DNA from: Nitrososphaerales archaeon
GTDB taxonomy: Archaea; Thermoproteota; Nitrososphaeria; Nitrososphaerales; UBA213
Direction of reading: 5' to 3'
Length of the DNA: 64,000 nucleotides
Assembly (NCBI GenBank): GCA_965197925.1
Contig: CBDAOC010000020.1
Location: 32,001 to 96,000, forward strand
A program made the translations under genes and the position numbers. Shown here piece by piece: positions 1 through 8,768 of this stretch. How positions within the stretch are numbered: the stretch's first letter is position 1; the number at the start of each line of letters is the position of its first letter. The notes under the pieces were generated by a model. It did no database searches and was not told the DNA's origin. It was given only the letters and a program-made list of their open reading frames with translations.

Positions 1-345
1 ACATTTTTCGGGGGGTCGGTAGTCGATACGAAGGACCGAGGTCCCTATAATACATATAGTATATTTTATTGCTTTTAACATCATTAACCACCTTCCCCCT
101 ACTACCACTGGCGTAACATAGGCCTACTACAGATACTTACAACGGCACCAACAGTACAGGCAGGGCATAGTATTCACCATCCAGCAGGACAAGGTGTATG
201 ATATAATGTTATACATCAACGCAATGAACAGCGTCCTGCCAAAACCAGCACGGTGCGAACTACCCAAGCCACCAAGCAGGGATAGCGAGGAGGACAAGGC
301 TTCCAAAATTCAACATCATAACCACATGCTGTATAACACCAACCA

Positions 346-705
346 TTGTCCAGCGACAGGTTGATGGAACTCATACAGGAGAGCAACAGCAACAGGCAGG
401 GCGATAGTTACTACCCAGATCCCATGAGGCAACTCTACTCTTCAATGATAAGCACGGATGCCCTCCCCTTGGCAGTTTTTGAGATAGAGCACATACCGTT
501 ATTGGTTAATGCATTACCACCGAAACTAAAGCACCTTGCAAGAGATTATTATAATCTGTTTATCAGGTCACTAACGGCGACAAGGTCAATCAATGGTGCC
601 TTGATAAAGGAGTTGACACAGACCAAGGTGCGCTATGAGTACGATGACGTAAATGGCAAGAAGGGCATCAACAAGATGTTTGCCCCCAAGGGTGAGAAGG
701 AATAA
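346..705 (+). CDS. Hypothetical protein (element-borne)
   Basis: 119-aa ORF with protein-like composition and no recognised motif. Confidence 0.55.
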   Translation: MSSDRLMELIQESNSNRQGDSYYPDPMRQLYSSMISTDALPLAVFEIEHIPLLVNALPPKLKHLARDYYNLFIRSLTATRSINGALIKELTQTKVRYEYDDVNGKKGINKMFAPKGEKE

Positions 706-764
706 GCATCCAGGCCAAGTGCAGAAAACTCAAATCAAGCGTTAAAGATAACCGAAGGCATATA

Positions 765-1088
765 GTGTTCTGTGAGAATTGCGGGCATCATGCCAGCGTA
801 ACCGAACACAAATGCATGTGCTGTTTCGGCAGGGTCAGACTATACAAAAGAAATAACAGGTGGCTGATAACCATCCTGAACCTCGCTGCAAGACAGTACA
901 AGCGGCAGGCGGAAAGGTTCCTTCTGTTCCCGGAGGACAACATTTCTGTCACGATAGAACGCAAGGGAATCATTTACAAAATTCCAATCAAGATTATCGC
1001 ACTCTGGATGCAGAACCTTCCCCGGCATGAAACCTTGGCTTATGCCTATGACAACATATCAACACAACATATCAACGCTATAATTTAA
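765..1088 (+). CDS. Hypothetical protein with N-terminal Zn-ribbon
   Basis: CENC...CMCC motif at the N-terminus. Confidence 0.55.
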   Translation: MFCENCGHHASVTEHKCMCCFGRVRLYKRNNRWLITILNLAARQYKRQAERFLLFPEDNISVTIERKGIIYKIPIKIIALWMQNLPRHETLAYAYDNISTQHINAII

Positions 1089-1154
1089 TAATATTAGTGT
1101 ACACTTAGTATATATATACTAAATGTATGTCTAATGATCATGGGCAAATAGAAA

Positions 1155-1337
1155 ATGACCGAAGATCCACATACCATAACATTTAGTGATGAGGGAGTTT
1201 TTACAACTACGGAGCAAGACCTAACAGAAGAAGAAAAAGAGCAAATTAGGGAAAGCAGAGAAAATATTGCTAGTGGTAAAGCACGACTGTTCAAAAATGT
1301 CGACGAATACTTAAAATCCCTAGATGAAGATGAATAG
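1155..1337 (+). CDS. Putative antitoxin (RelB-like, acidic)
   Basis: 60 aa, acidic, with the motif 'LTEEEKEQIRESRENIASGKARLFKNVDEYLKSL'; lies directly upstream of a RelE-like gene. Confidence 0.7.
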   Translation: MTEDPHTITFSDEGVFTTTEQDLTEEEKEQIRESRENIASGKARLFKNVDEYLKSLDEDE

Positions 1338-1346
1338 TAGAATTGT

Positions 1347-1634
1347 TTGTCAGATGAATTAGATTGGCAAATTAAAGAGCCGCCAAACATGCGAAAAATA
1401 TTCAAAAGATTAGGAAATCCTGAAAAAAATCAATATCGTACAGCAATTCTCACGCTTACTCAATCTGAGAATCCAAAAAATCTTGGGAATTATAAGAACA
1501 GTCTAGGTTGTTTCACTTATGATATTACAAAATCTTTTAGAATTACATTTAGTATAGATTATGAAAATCGAATTATAAATATCCTAAGCATAGGAGATCA
1601 CAAACAAACCTATGGTAAGGACAAACATCACTAA
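1347..1634 (+). CDS. RelE/ParE-superfamily toxin
   Basis: 95 aa, basic; C-terminal 'FRITFSIDYENRIINILSIGDHKQTY' is typical of RelE-like mRNA interferases. Confidence 0.75.
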   Translation: MSDELDWQIKEPPNMRKIFKRLGNPEKNQYRTAILTLTQSENPKNLGNYKNSLGCFTYDITKSFRITFSIDYENRIINILSIGDHKQTYGKDKHH

Positions 1635-1976
1635 TGGTCAGGGAAAGAACGCTTCTTTCAAGAATTACTATACCTTCGCCTATTCTTGGTTGTAATTAGT
1701 CTCTTGTAGCGAATTTATTTTGACTAGTTTTACCGCTTGATAAATTGCCGAGTTGTGAGATAGCTTCTGAAATTAAATTCAGGAACCCAGAGCGAATGTA
1801 CCATGTACCTAAAATCAAACTACCCGCCAATGGGAGAGTTAGACCCTGACGGAGGAGGCCTCCATCTATGTTTTTCCAGAATCTTCCGCACGTCCGCAAT
1901 CTACCAAGCGTATTTTGTAGCGATGCAGGTGAAAATCTTTGGCAGGATACTGACCAATTTACAAAACACGACATTA

Positions 1977-2291
1977 TTAAAATCGAAAATTAAATACATT
2001 GCCTACACCAAAAGGATCACTCTCACGTGACTGTTGACGCTTTTGTGCTCTGGCATGACTCTGTTTACTGGTTCTTACAGCATGACAATTTGCACATAAT
2101 GCACGCAAATTGCTTGGTTTGTTGTTACTACGATTACCATCAATGTGATCTATGCTGGGTCGTCTTTGTGCATTAAACTCTTCATGACATTCCTTACATT
2201 TGAACTTCTGTCTAACTAAAATATCATATTTCAAACCAGCACTTACACCACGCCTTTTTTTCTGACCAGAAAACCAGGTCAACACAATCAC
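1977..2291 (-). CDS. HNH endonuclease
   Basis: CKEC...IDHIDGNRSNNKPSNLRALCANCH motif. Confidence 0.85.
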   Translation of the reverse strand: MIVLTWFSGQKKRRGVSAGLKYDILVRQKFKCKECHEEFNAQRRPSIDHIDGNRSNNKPSNLRALCANCHAVRTSKQSHARAQKRQQSRESDPFGVGNVFNFRF

Positions 2292-2350
2292 TCATTGAGC
2301 AAATTTCTCTAACACAAACCGTTTAATTTTACCCATATCAATGAATTAAC

Positions 2351-2770
2351 TTAACCTTTGTGCCGCTCTTTCTTGTCTGACACTTTTGCTAATGCTTGGA
2401 GAGGTTTAAACCCAATTTCCACCAATTTTTTATACACTTCAGGAATAGCATAACAAAAACCAATATGCACACATTCTTTCGCCTCATGATACAGGCAATA
2501 TAGATTAGAATTCTTAATTTGGACTTCTATCAAACGATCAAGATTATAATCACGTAGTAAGAGACTATCACCTTCTGGACCAATCCAGCTAATAAACGGT
2601 CCATATCGTGAAAGATAATCACTGTCTTCCAATTTTATCAGTAGATATTCATTTAACCATGTTCCAAATTTTCTATTATCTCTCTTTCTAGTTTTTAATT
2701 CCTCTAACCGTCTTACTACATCCATTCTTAAGCCTACAGGTTTAGCCCCACCCTTGAATGGCATATTCAC
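2351..2770 (-). CDS. Putative transcriptional regulator (RHH-like N-terminus, C-terminal CxxH...CxH metal site)
   Basis: 'KPVGLRMDVVRRLEELK' strand-helix pattern and 'LYCLYHEAKECVHI'; divergent from a small RHH gene. Confidence 0.55.
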   Translation of the reverse strand: MNMPFKGGAKPVGLRMDVVRRLEELKTRKRDNRKFGTWLNEYLLIKLEDSDYLSRYGPFISWIGPEGDSLLLRDYNLDRLIEVQIKNSNLYCLYHEAKECVHIGFCYAIPEVYKKLVEIGFKPLQALAKVSDKKERHKG

Positions 2771-2843
2771 CTAATGTTACCTAATCTATATATATATAAT
2801 TAATCAAAGCCTTAAAATACCTAAGGTAAATATAGGTAACCTA
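2769..2843. promoter_or_regulatory. Divergent promoter region with repeated ACCTA/TAGGT operator-like sites
   Basis: ACCTAAT at 2769 and 2779, palindromes TACCTAAGGTA (2818-2828) and TAGGTAACCTA (2833-2843), and a central (TA)n TATA-like tract. Confidence 0.5.
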
Positions 2844-2846
2844 GTT

Positions 2847-2993
2847 ATGGAAAGTGATGAATTTACGAGTGTTTGTATAAGGCGTAAATACATAAACATT
2901 CTTCGGAGAGTAGCTGACGATAACAAACGTAGTCTCGCCAACCAGTTGGAGATAATTCTTGACGAGGCGTTAGAATTGAAGGTGGAAGCGTGA
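2847..2993 (+). CDS. Small ribbon-helix-helix (Arc/CopG-like) protein; not in the ORF track
   Basis: Translated by hand: MESDEFTSVCIRRKYINILRRVADDNKRSLANQLEIILDEALELKVEA*. Confidence 0.65.
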   Translation: MESDEFTSVCIRRKYINILRRVADDNKRSLANQLEIILDEALELKVEA

Positions 2994-3133
2994 CTACCAA
3001 CACATCAATACATGAGCATAAGATAAGATGCGCTGGATGTAACTTTCACAGTACAATAGAGAAGTGCGACTGCTCGAATTCAACCGATCGTGATTTTTTG
3101 TGCATGGAATGCTGTCAAGGTGAGGGAGTATAA
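2990..3133 (+). CDS. Small Cys-rich (Zn-finger-like) protein; not in the ORF track
   Basis: GTG start overlaps the previous stop (GTGA); 47 aa with CAGC, CDC and CMECC. Confidence 0.5.
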   Translation: MTTNTSIHEHKIRCAGCNFHSTIEKCDCSNSTDRDFLCMECCQGEGV

Positions 3134-3240
3134 GGACTAGATTCGTCTGGGACAAGCAACGTGTAAAGAAACCACAGGATAAACAACAACTACTGCAGCA
3201 AGTCTATGAGCATACGGTCGGCAATCGATCGAAGGGTATC

Positions 3241-4530
3241 ATGCCAAAGAACAGGCAGGAGATTGCAAAGTTGATCAACCGTTCGGAACAGTGGGTATGG
3301 GAACTATGGCAAATGTTGGTCAGGGAAGGCAAGCTACAAAAAGATCCTACAACTGGTCGTCTACTCAGGTCAGAACAGGACAGGAAGCAGATACAATATG
3401 CAGAAATGGCAAGGTCTGAATTTTTACAAATTCCATCAGTCCAGAAATGGTTCAACGACTTGATGACCGCTGGAAAGAACGGCCAGCCAGCGGTATCGGT
3501 TAATCATATGATACAAGGCCTGAACGTCGTATGCAACACGCTGAACATTCACCCTGACGCACTTCTCCAGGATATTGACACAAGCGTTGCCCTGCTAAAG
3601 GAGTTTGAAAGAAGGTTCAAGGCAGGCGAGGCAAGGTACGCACGTCAACTCAATAACATCGATTTCAGTTCCAGGGAGATAACACGTTACACATCATCAA
3701 CCCGTAATTTCATGATTAGGAATGGCATTGCCATTCCACGTGGCATCACGGGCATCATGTCAGGCAAGAAGAAGCGTTTTGGTGCATATGCCAACGTGAA
3801 GCTTACGGACAGGGAGTTTGAACGGGGGCTCAAGTTCATGCGTGGTTATGGCTTTGAGGAATTATTTGGAGTGATGCACGAGGTCTTTCCCAGGACCAAG
3901 ACGGGAATCACGATGGTGAACAAATTCGAGATCAGACCAATCGATGCCAAGGGCGTTCATGGTGAGTACGCAATCATGTCGTTATACGAGTCCAAGACAG
4001 ATCGTGCCTTTGACAAGATGGCAATACATCCCAAGGTGATTGAAATAATCAAGCGTGTGAAGCACGGTGCAACGTTCTGTACTAACGACGTTGGCAGTAA
4101 TGCCCGTGTCATTGCACTGGAGAGCGAGCTTGCATCTGCACTGAGTGATTATTACATATCCCTGGGCAAAATTGACAGGGCGCATTACGACGAGCACAAT
4201 GGCATGCACCAAAAGTGGAATTATCCCAAAGGAACGGATGAATGGTACTGGGCAAACAAGCCCGTATACGTGTTAAGGCACAGCGGGGCGCATGCAGCGA
4301 TGCGGAGGACCGCAAGTAATGCAACCCTTGTAGCATCAATGGGATGGGATGATGTCAACACGCTGTTGAAGGTGTACGCACGCACAACTGCAGAGGCCAT
4401 ACTCATGCAGGACGTTTGTTACTATCACAATCCACCAGAAATTAAGGACGAGAACTACGATTACTTTTGCAGCATGCGGTGCGCTATAGGATATTACCAC
4501 AATGGTTCCGCACCTCATTTGAGGGAGTAG
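3241..4530 (+). CDS. Divergent tyrosine recombinase/integrase with N-terminal HTH
   Basis: N-terminal 'RQEIAKLINRSEQWVWELW' HTH. Catalytic-type motifs FPR, 'YVLRHSGA' and 'MGWDDVNTLLKVY' match the R...xxLRH...GW...Y pattern. Confidence 0.75.
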   Translation: MPKNRQEIAKLINRSEQWVWELWQMLVREGKLQKDPTTGRLLRSEQDRKQIQYAEMARSEFLQIPSVQKWFNDLMTAGKNGQPAVSVNHMIQGLNVVCNTLNIHPDALLQDIDTSVALLKEFERRFKAGEARYARQLNNIDFSSREITRYTSSTRNFMIRNGIAIPRGITGIMSGKKKRFGAYANVKLTDREFERGLKFMRGYGFEELFGVMHEVFPRTKTGITMVNKFEIRPIDAKGVHGEYAIMSLYESKTDRAFDKMAIHPKVIEIIKRVKHGATFCTNDVGSNARVIALESELASALSDYYISLGKIDRAHYDEHNGMHQKWNYPKGTDEWYWANKPVYVLRHSGAHAAMRRTASNATLVASMGWDDVNTLLKVYARTTAEAILMQDVCYYHNPPEIKDENYDYFCSMRCAIGYYHNGSAPHLRE

Positions 4531-4545
4531 ATGCAAGGAAATATC

Positions 4546-5394
4546 AGCTCTGTAGAAACCATACTATATAGACGGTCAGTCATTCTGTGCATATTGTAAG
4601 CAATTACCCTAAATGTTAATTCCCTGTTCTGCATCTTCACCATTCTTGATGCTATATGGTCACCAAACATCCTCTTTACCACAGACAGTCTCATTCTTGT
4701 TTCTTTGATAGTATAGATGTGTATAGAACTTCCTCTTCATTTGCTTCCTATATCTTCCATGCGTTCTCCATATTGGAACATCTTCATATCTAGCTGGTAT
4801 TATACTGACAGCATCAAGTTCTCGTACAAATTCATGATTTGCTTCGCTATCATAACCCTTGTCTGCTACAACTTTAGAGTGGCATTATGTTTGATGCTCT
4901 TTCCATAATGTGTTTAAATTTATGGTATCGTGTTTAGGTGCTTTTTATCTTCAATACAGCTATTGCTCTCTTAATTCAGCACCTATCGATAGCTTGATGT
5001 ACTTCTTCCTTATCCCTGTTCTATCCGTATAGTATGATGATGCATTGCTGGATCTGAATCCGGAAGCGTCTATTCCTACCAACAATTTTCTAATCTTGGT
5101 GAGAAGTATGAATGAGGATGCCATTCTGTACAGCAGGGTGCCATTGATTCCTGAGGCAAACTTCTGGAGCGTTGTATAATGTGGCACCCTGCCTAGCTGC
5201 ATAAACATTCCGGGATGACATGCTTCATGCAACCATTCCACAAACCTTCTGCAGCTCTTCCCTTCATGCTGCCTGAATGCCAGCAGGATGGTATGCTGCC
5301 AGACCGTATGGATGTGGTTGCCCTTCCTGTGCATGTATGGAGGAATTCTGGCCTTCATTACCACATTCAACATAGTTTTGGCAAGTTTGACATA
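4546..5394 (-). mobile_element. IS5-family element remnant (degenerate transposase; 5' end missing)
   Basis: TIR AGCTCTGTAGAAACC at 4546 and the DDE motif 'VGIDASGF'. Homologous to the IS at 54207-55161. Cut at the TCTAGA (Ser-Arg codons) near the transposase start. Confidence 0.85.
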
Positions 5395-5597
5395 TCTAGA
5401 AGAAAATCGGAGGAGGAGAGGTTTGACAATAAATTATCAACGGTTTGACTATATGGACCATAATAATGAGGTATATAACCTAACTTAATTCCAGTCATTT
5501 CACAACAGAAATACATCAATTTTTGTGCAACCGTCTTGCCGTAGATTCTGCCTTGGGAATGTTGAGCAATGCAGAGCAGCATGTCAGAGGCGTCCAT
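5395..5597 (-). pseudogene. N-terminal half of a YwgA/Panacea(DUF4065)-like protein
   Basis: MDASDMLL...GKTVAQKLMYF...HYYGPYSQTV...SDFLL carries the QKLxY and GPYS motifs. It then runs out of frame into IS sequence. Confidence 0.75.
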
Positions 5598-5628
5598 TAC
5601 TTTCAGAGATACGTCGTATGTATATATC

Positions 5629-5768
5629 TTCCTTGTTGCATAACTATGAAATCTATTACTGAATAATGGAATCATTCTATAATTGTGGTGCGAATTTCTG
5701 AATTTAGTTTTTAATTATTTAATCATAAGACGAAAAATTACAGAATTTTTGAGTTGTGCAACAAAGCA
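5629..5768 (+). mobile_element. MITE copy 1 (140 bp)
   Basis: TIRs TTCCTTGTTGCA...TGCAACAAAGCA; homologous to copies at 8615, 16237 and 19001. Confidence 0.85.
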
Positions 5769-5980
5769 CTAAAAGAAGCAACGCGTGGTTTTTGCTGCCA
5801 ATCTTCTTGGGAATTGTCGGCGGCATCATTGCATTCTTTGTCTTGCGACAAGATGATCCTGTAAAGGCAAAAAACTGCCTGTACCTAGGAATTGTGTTGA
5901 TGATAGTGGGCATAGTCTTAAATGTCATCGTTGCTGCATCTTTTCCCGAGTTTGGTGCAGACTTTGATGTGAACATCTAA
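5756..5980 (+). CDS. Small two-TM membrane protein, 5' end replaced by the MITE
   Basis: 'KRSNAWFLLPIFLGIVGGIIAFFVLRQDDPVKAKNCLYLG' resembles a small thaumarchaeal membrane protein family; the GTG start lies inside the MITE TIR. Confidence 0.65.
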   Translation: MQQSTKRSNAWFLLPIFLGIVGGIIAFFVLRQDDPVKAKNCLYLGIVLMIVGIVLNVIVAASFPEFGADFDVNI

Positions 5981-6114
5981 AAAAAATGCGTGTCACTTCA
6001 GACAGCATCTTTAGATCTGCAAATTACTGCAATATGGGCTGATCTCAACGCGCGACTGCAGCTAAGATCTCATGTCTCCAAACACAAATAAAAGACAGAA
6101 GAGAGTTTCCACAG

Positions 6115-6579
6115 ATGGCAAAAAAGACGCTTTATCTTGCAAACCCGTACGGATTCTCTGAACAGCAAAAAGCCGGACCGCTGCAAGATCTTGTAAGGAC
6201 GCTAAATGACCTTGGGGCCAAAGTGTGGGAGCCGTTTGAGCGAAACAACCAGGACAGTGTGTCATCAGCTGACAATCCCTACAAAATCGGCCGTGCTGAC
6301 ATGCAGGATGTCAGGGACGCTGACGGCATCTTTGCAGTTGCCAACGGGACGCCGCCAGATGAGGGCGTAATGGTTGAGCTTGGCATGGCAATTGCATGGG
6401 GCAAGGAGGTCTTTTTGTTCCGTGACGACTTTCGAAGATGCGCTGACAGCAGCATGTATCCGCTCAACCTGATGCTGTTTACAGGCCTGCCAGAAAACGG
6501 CTGGCAAGACTGGTACTATACCAACATAGCCGAGCTTGCAGATCCAGAGAAGGCCTTAGTAAAGTGGCTTAACAAATAA
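6115..6579 (+). CDS. Nucleoside 2-deoxyribosyltransferase-family protein
   Basis: 'LYLANPYGFS', 'DMQDVRDADGIFAV', 'DEGVMVELGMAIAWGK' and 'NLML' motifs. Confidence 0.85.
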   Translation: MAKKTLYLANPYGFSEQQKAGPLQDLVRTLNDLGAKVWEPFERNNQDSVSSADNPYKIGRADMQDVRDADGIFAVANGTPPDEGVMVELGMAIAWGKEVFLFRDDFRRCADSSMYPLNLMLFTGLPENGWQDWYYTNIAELADPEKALVKWLNK

Positions 6580-6913
6580 CCTGCTGCTGTAAAGAAGGCA
6601 GTCACACGGGTTTTGGTAAATTTTGTTTGATCATATTATTAGAATCTGTCAGAACCTGATGATTGCTCAATCCAGAAAAAACCATTTTAGACTTTCTATC
6701 TTTTTAGCATATGACAATATGGCTGTAAAAAGAATCGTTATTGATGTGTCATAGTGGGCCGAAGGTATTTCTAAAAATAAAATAAGAAAATATTCTTCAA
6801 ACTATCCAAGAACAGTCGCAAAAGTTGCTTTGGATGTTGTTGCCAGATCAACTAACAAGCCAACTGCAAAGATGCGGCCATCCTTTAACAGCCTGCCAGA
6901 CAAAATGTCACAA

Positions 6914-7177
6914 CTAGATCATGTTATCCAGGTTATTTTTATCAATTCCCACCACCTCTTTTTTTATCCATGCAGGATTGTTTACGGTAAACACAAGAAC
7001 CGAATCCTCGCCATCCCTTATCAGGCCAGATATTCTGGATTTTAGCTCTGCCAAGTTTGACACAGATATGTCTCCTTCAAAGACCGAATTTTGAATCCAG
7101 TTGAGGTATTGCTTGATTGTTATGCGTACTGCGTCAATACGCTCTGTGCCAATGTCATATGTTACTATGCAATACAT
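6914..7177 (-). CDS. cas2: CRISPR-associated endoribonuclease Cas2
   Basis: 87 aa 'MYCIVTYDIG...YLNWIQNSVFEG...EDSV'; the ATG overlaps the native cas1 stop (TAATG). Confidence 0.92.
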   Translation of the reverse strand: MYCIVTYDIGTERIDAVRITIKQYLNWIQNSVFEGDISVSNLAELKSRISGLIRDGEDSVLVFTVNNPAWIKKEVVGIDKNNLDNMI

Positions 7178-8176
7178 TATCTCTGTCTGAATCCGACATA
7201 GTGTGCATCCTCCACAATGTGCTTGACTATCTTGTGGCATTCCATCCTCAACAGTCGCCTGTAACTCACATTTTTTTTCAGCGGAGACGTAGACGGTACT
7301 GTCGTAGACGGTACTGTCCAGTCTTTCATCATACTCTTTGACAAACGTCTTTCTCCCAGATTCTCCAAGATAGCAACCATTCATAGAGTCATCAAAATCT
7401 CCAGAGTCAAGCAACCTGCTGTTTACGATCTTAAATATTGCCTTATCCACGATTACAGGTTTGAACACCTCAGCTATGTCCAAAGATAATGAAAATCTTC
7501 TGTATCCAGGCTCGTGCAGATAGCTTACGGTAGGATCCAACTGTGAGTGATATATCTCAGTTACGGCGCTTCCATACATCATGCTGTTTCCAAACGATAT
7601 CAGCGAGTTAAGCATGTTTTGTGGTGGCATCCTGGTTCTTTTTTCCATCTTAAAGTCATCCCGCAGAAAACTGTCAAATAAATCATAGTATATGTTCCTG
7701 CAGTTTCCCTCTATTCCCATCAGCTCATCAACCTTACTACATGATGGTATCTGCCGTTGCAGCTGCTGTATTTTTTCAATGTGGACAGAGACATCCTTTT
7801 TCTTTGATTTGTAATAGCGCAGGTTTGCAAGCATGTTGTGCGTAGCTGCACGTATGAATTCAGATGCAAGATACATTCTTTTTTGTTGATTCAGATAATG
7901 CTGTACCTGCCGTACTGTCACCAGACCAGACAGGAGCTTCTCACGTGGGTAGTAGCTTCCAGCATAATTTCCATAATAGTTGTAAAAATGTATCACAATC
8001 CCCTTTGTGTTTAAAAAAATTATCAGCGCCGAATTAAAATCGCATTGTCCAAATACGTGAAGTGCCCTGACATTCATTACCGGTATTGATTTTTTCTCAT
8101 CGTCAGCAGATATTATCTGTATGGTGTTTTGAGTACGCTTGACTCTTCCTCCCTTGAATATGTAGTAATCGTTCAT
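7177..8176 (-). CDS. cas1: Cas1 (type I-B-like), frameshifted near the 3' end so that it reads into cas2
   Basis: 'ELMGIEG', 'NSLISFGNS', 'SYLHEP' and 'SLSLDIAEVFKP' motifs. The native C-terminus (KKNVSYRRLLRMECHKIVKHI) is in another frame after a tandem duplication at 7288-7318. Confidence 0.9.
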
Positions 8177-8643
8177 GACCAGCAGTACTCCGCATAGGCG
8201 CATTTGTCGCATATTGTCTTATATTCTGCAGCTTGAGGCTTTTTCTCAGAGATTATCTTGGCAGCGTCACGAATTACATTATCCAAAAAGACCTGTTTCT
8301 GTTTTGTCAGGACTACCTTTACCGTTTTTTTCAGTTTTGGATAGTTGAGTATGCCAGTTGTCTTTATTCCTAGTTTTTTGAGATGGTAGATGTAGTAGAG
8401 CAGCTGATATGCATGGGCATCATGAATCTTGTCGGACTTTTTGACCTCATGTATTACTCCCTTGTCAATATGGTCTATTGATATGTCTCCTATCCGGATG
8501 TTTTTTTTCTTTCTCTTAAAAGAGTCTTTGTCTATAAGACTGCCAATTTTTACCAGATCAGAGCTTGACTCAAAGGCAATGTTATGCGAGGACAGCCAGA
8601 GTTTTCTCTTGCACTGCTTTGTTGCACAACTAAAATGCTGCAA
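8173..8643 (-). CDS. cas4: Cas4, native N-terminus replaced by MITE sequence
   Basis: CKRKLWL, 'IDHID...HEVKKS', 'QLLYY' and C-terminal CDKCAYAEYCW; the stop overlaps the cas1 ATG. Confidence 0.9.
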   Translation of the reverse strand: MQHFSCATKQCKRKLWLSSHNIAFESSSDLVKIGSLIDKDSFKRKKKNIRIGDISIDHIDKGVIHEVKKSDKIHDAHAYQLLYYIYHLKKLGIKTTGILNYPKLKKTVKVVLTKQKQVFLDNVIRDAAKIISEKKPQAAEYKTICDKCAYAEYCWS

Positions 8644-8752
8644 TTTTTTGTCTTACGGCTAGATAATTGAAGATGCAGTCCGGGGATTCGCACCGCAATG
8701 ACAGAATAATTTCGTTATTCAGTAATGGATTTCATGGTTATGCAACAGGGCA
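8615..8752 (-). mobile_element. MITE copy 2 (138 bp, inverted)
   Basis: TGCTTTGTTGCA...TGCAACAGGGCA; closest to copy 3. Confidence 0.85.
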
Positions 8753-8768
8753 CAGTTATTATGCCTCA

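Larger units (their letters stand above)
1..4530. mobile_element. Right-hand part of an integrated provirus/plasmid-like element (probably continues left of the window)
   Basis: Small hypothetical and Zn-finger ORFs, a TA pair, HNH, divergent RHH-like regulators and a terminal tyrosine recombinase. No att site identified; an IS end lies 15 bp after the integrase stop. Confidence 0.6.

Noticed and set aside
1..60. GC-rich stretch as a tRNA, att site or ribozyme
   Set aside because: No tRNA T-loop or ribozyme core recognised, and it is cut by the window edge.
1696..2030. Overlapping ORFs 1696-1974(-) and 1803-2030(+)
   Set aside because: No recognisable motifs; cannot tell which, if either, is real.
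6580..6913. Expected CRISPR leader/array downstream of cas2
   Set aside because: No repeated 24-40-bp unit found by eye on either strand.
5629..8752. Casposon (Cas1 between inverted repeats)
   Set aside because: Cas1 is a canonical type I-B-like protein in a cas4-cas1-cas2 operon. There is no element-borne PolB or TSD, and the inverted repeats are copies of a MITE.
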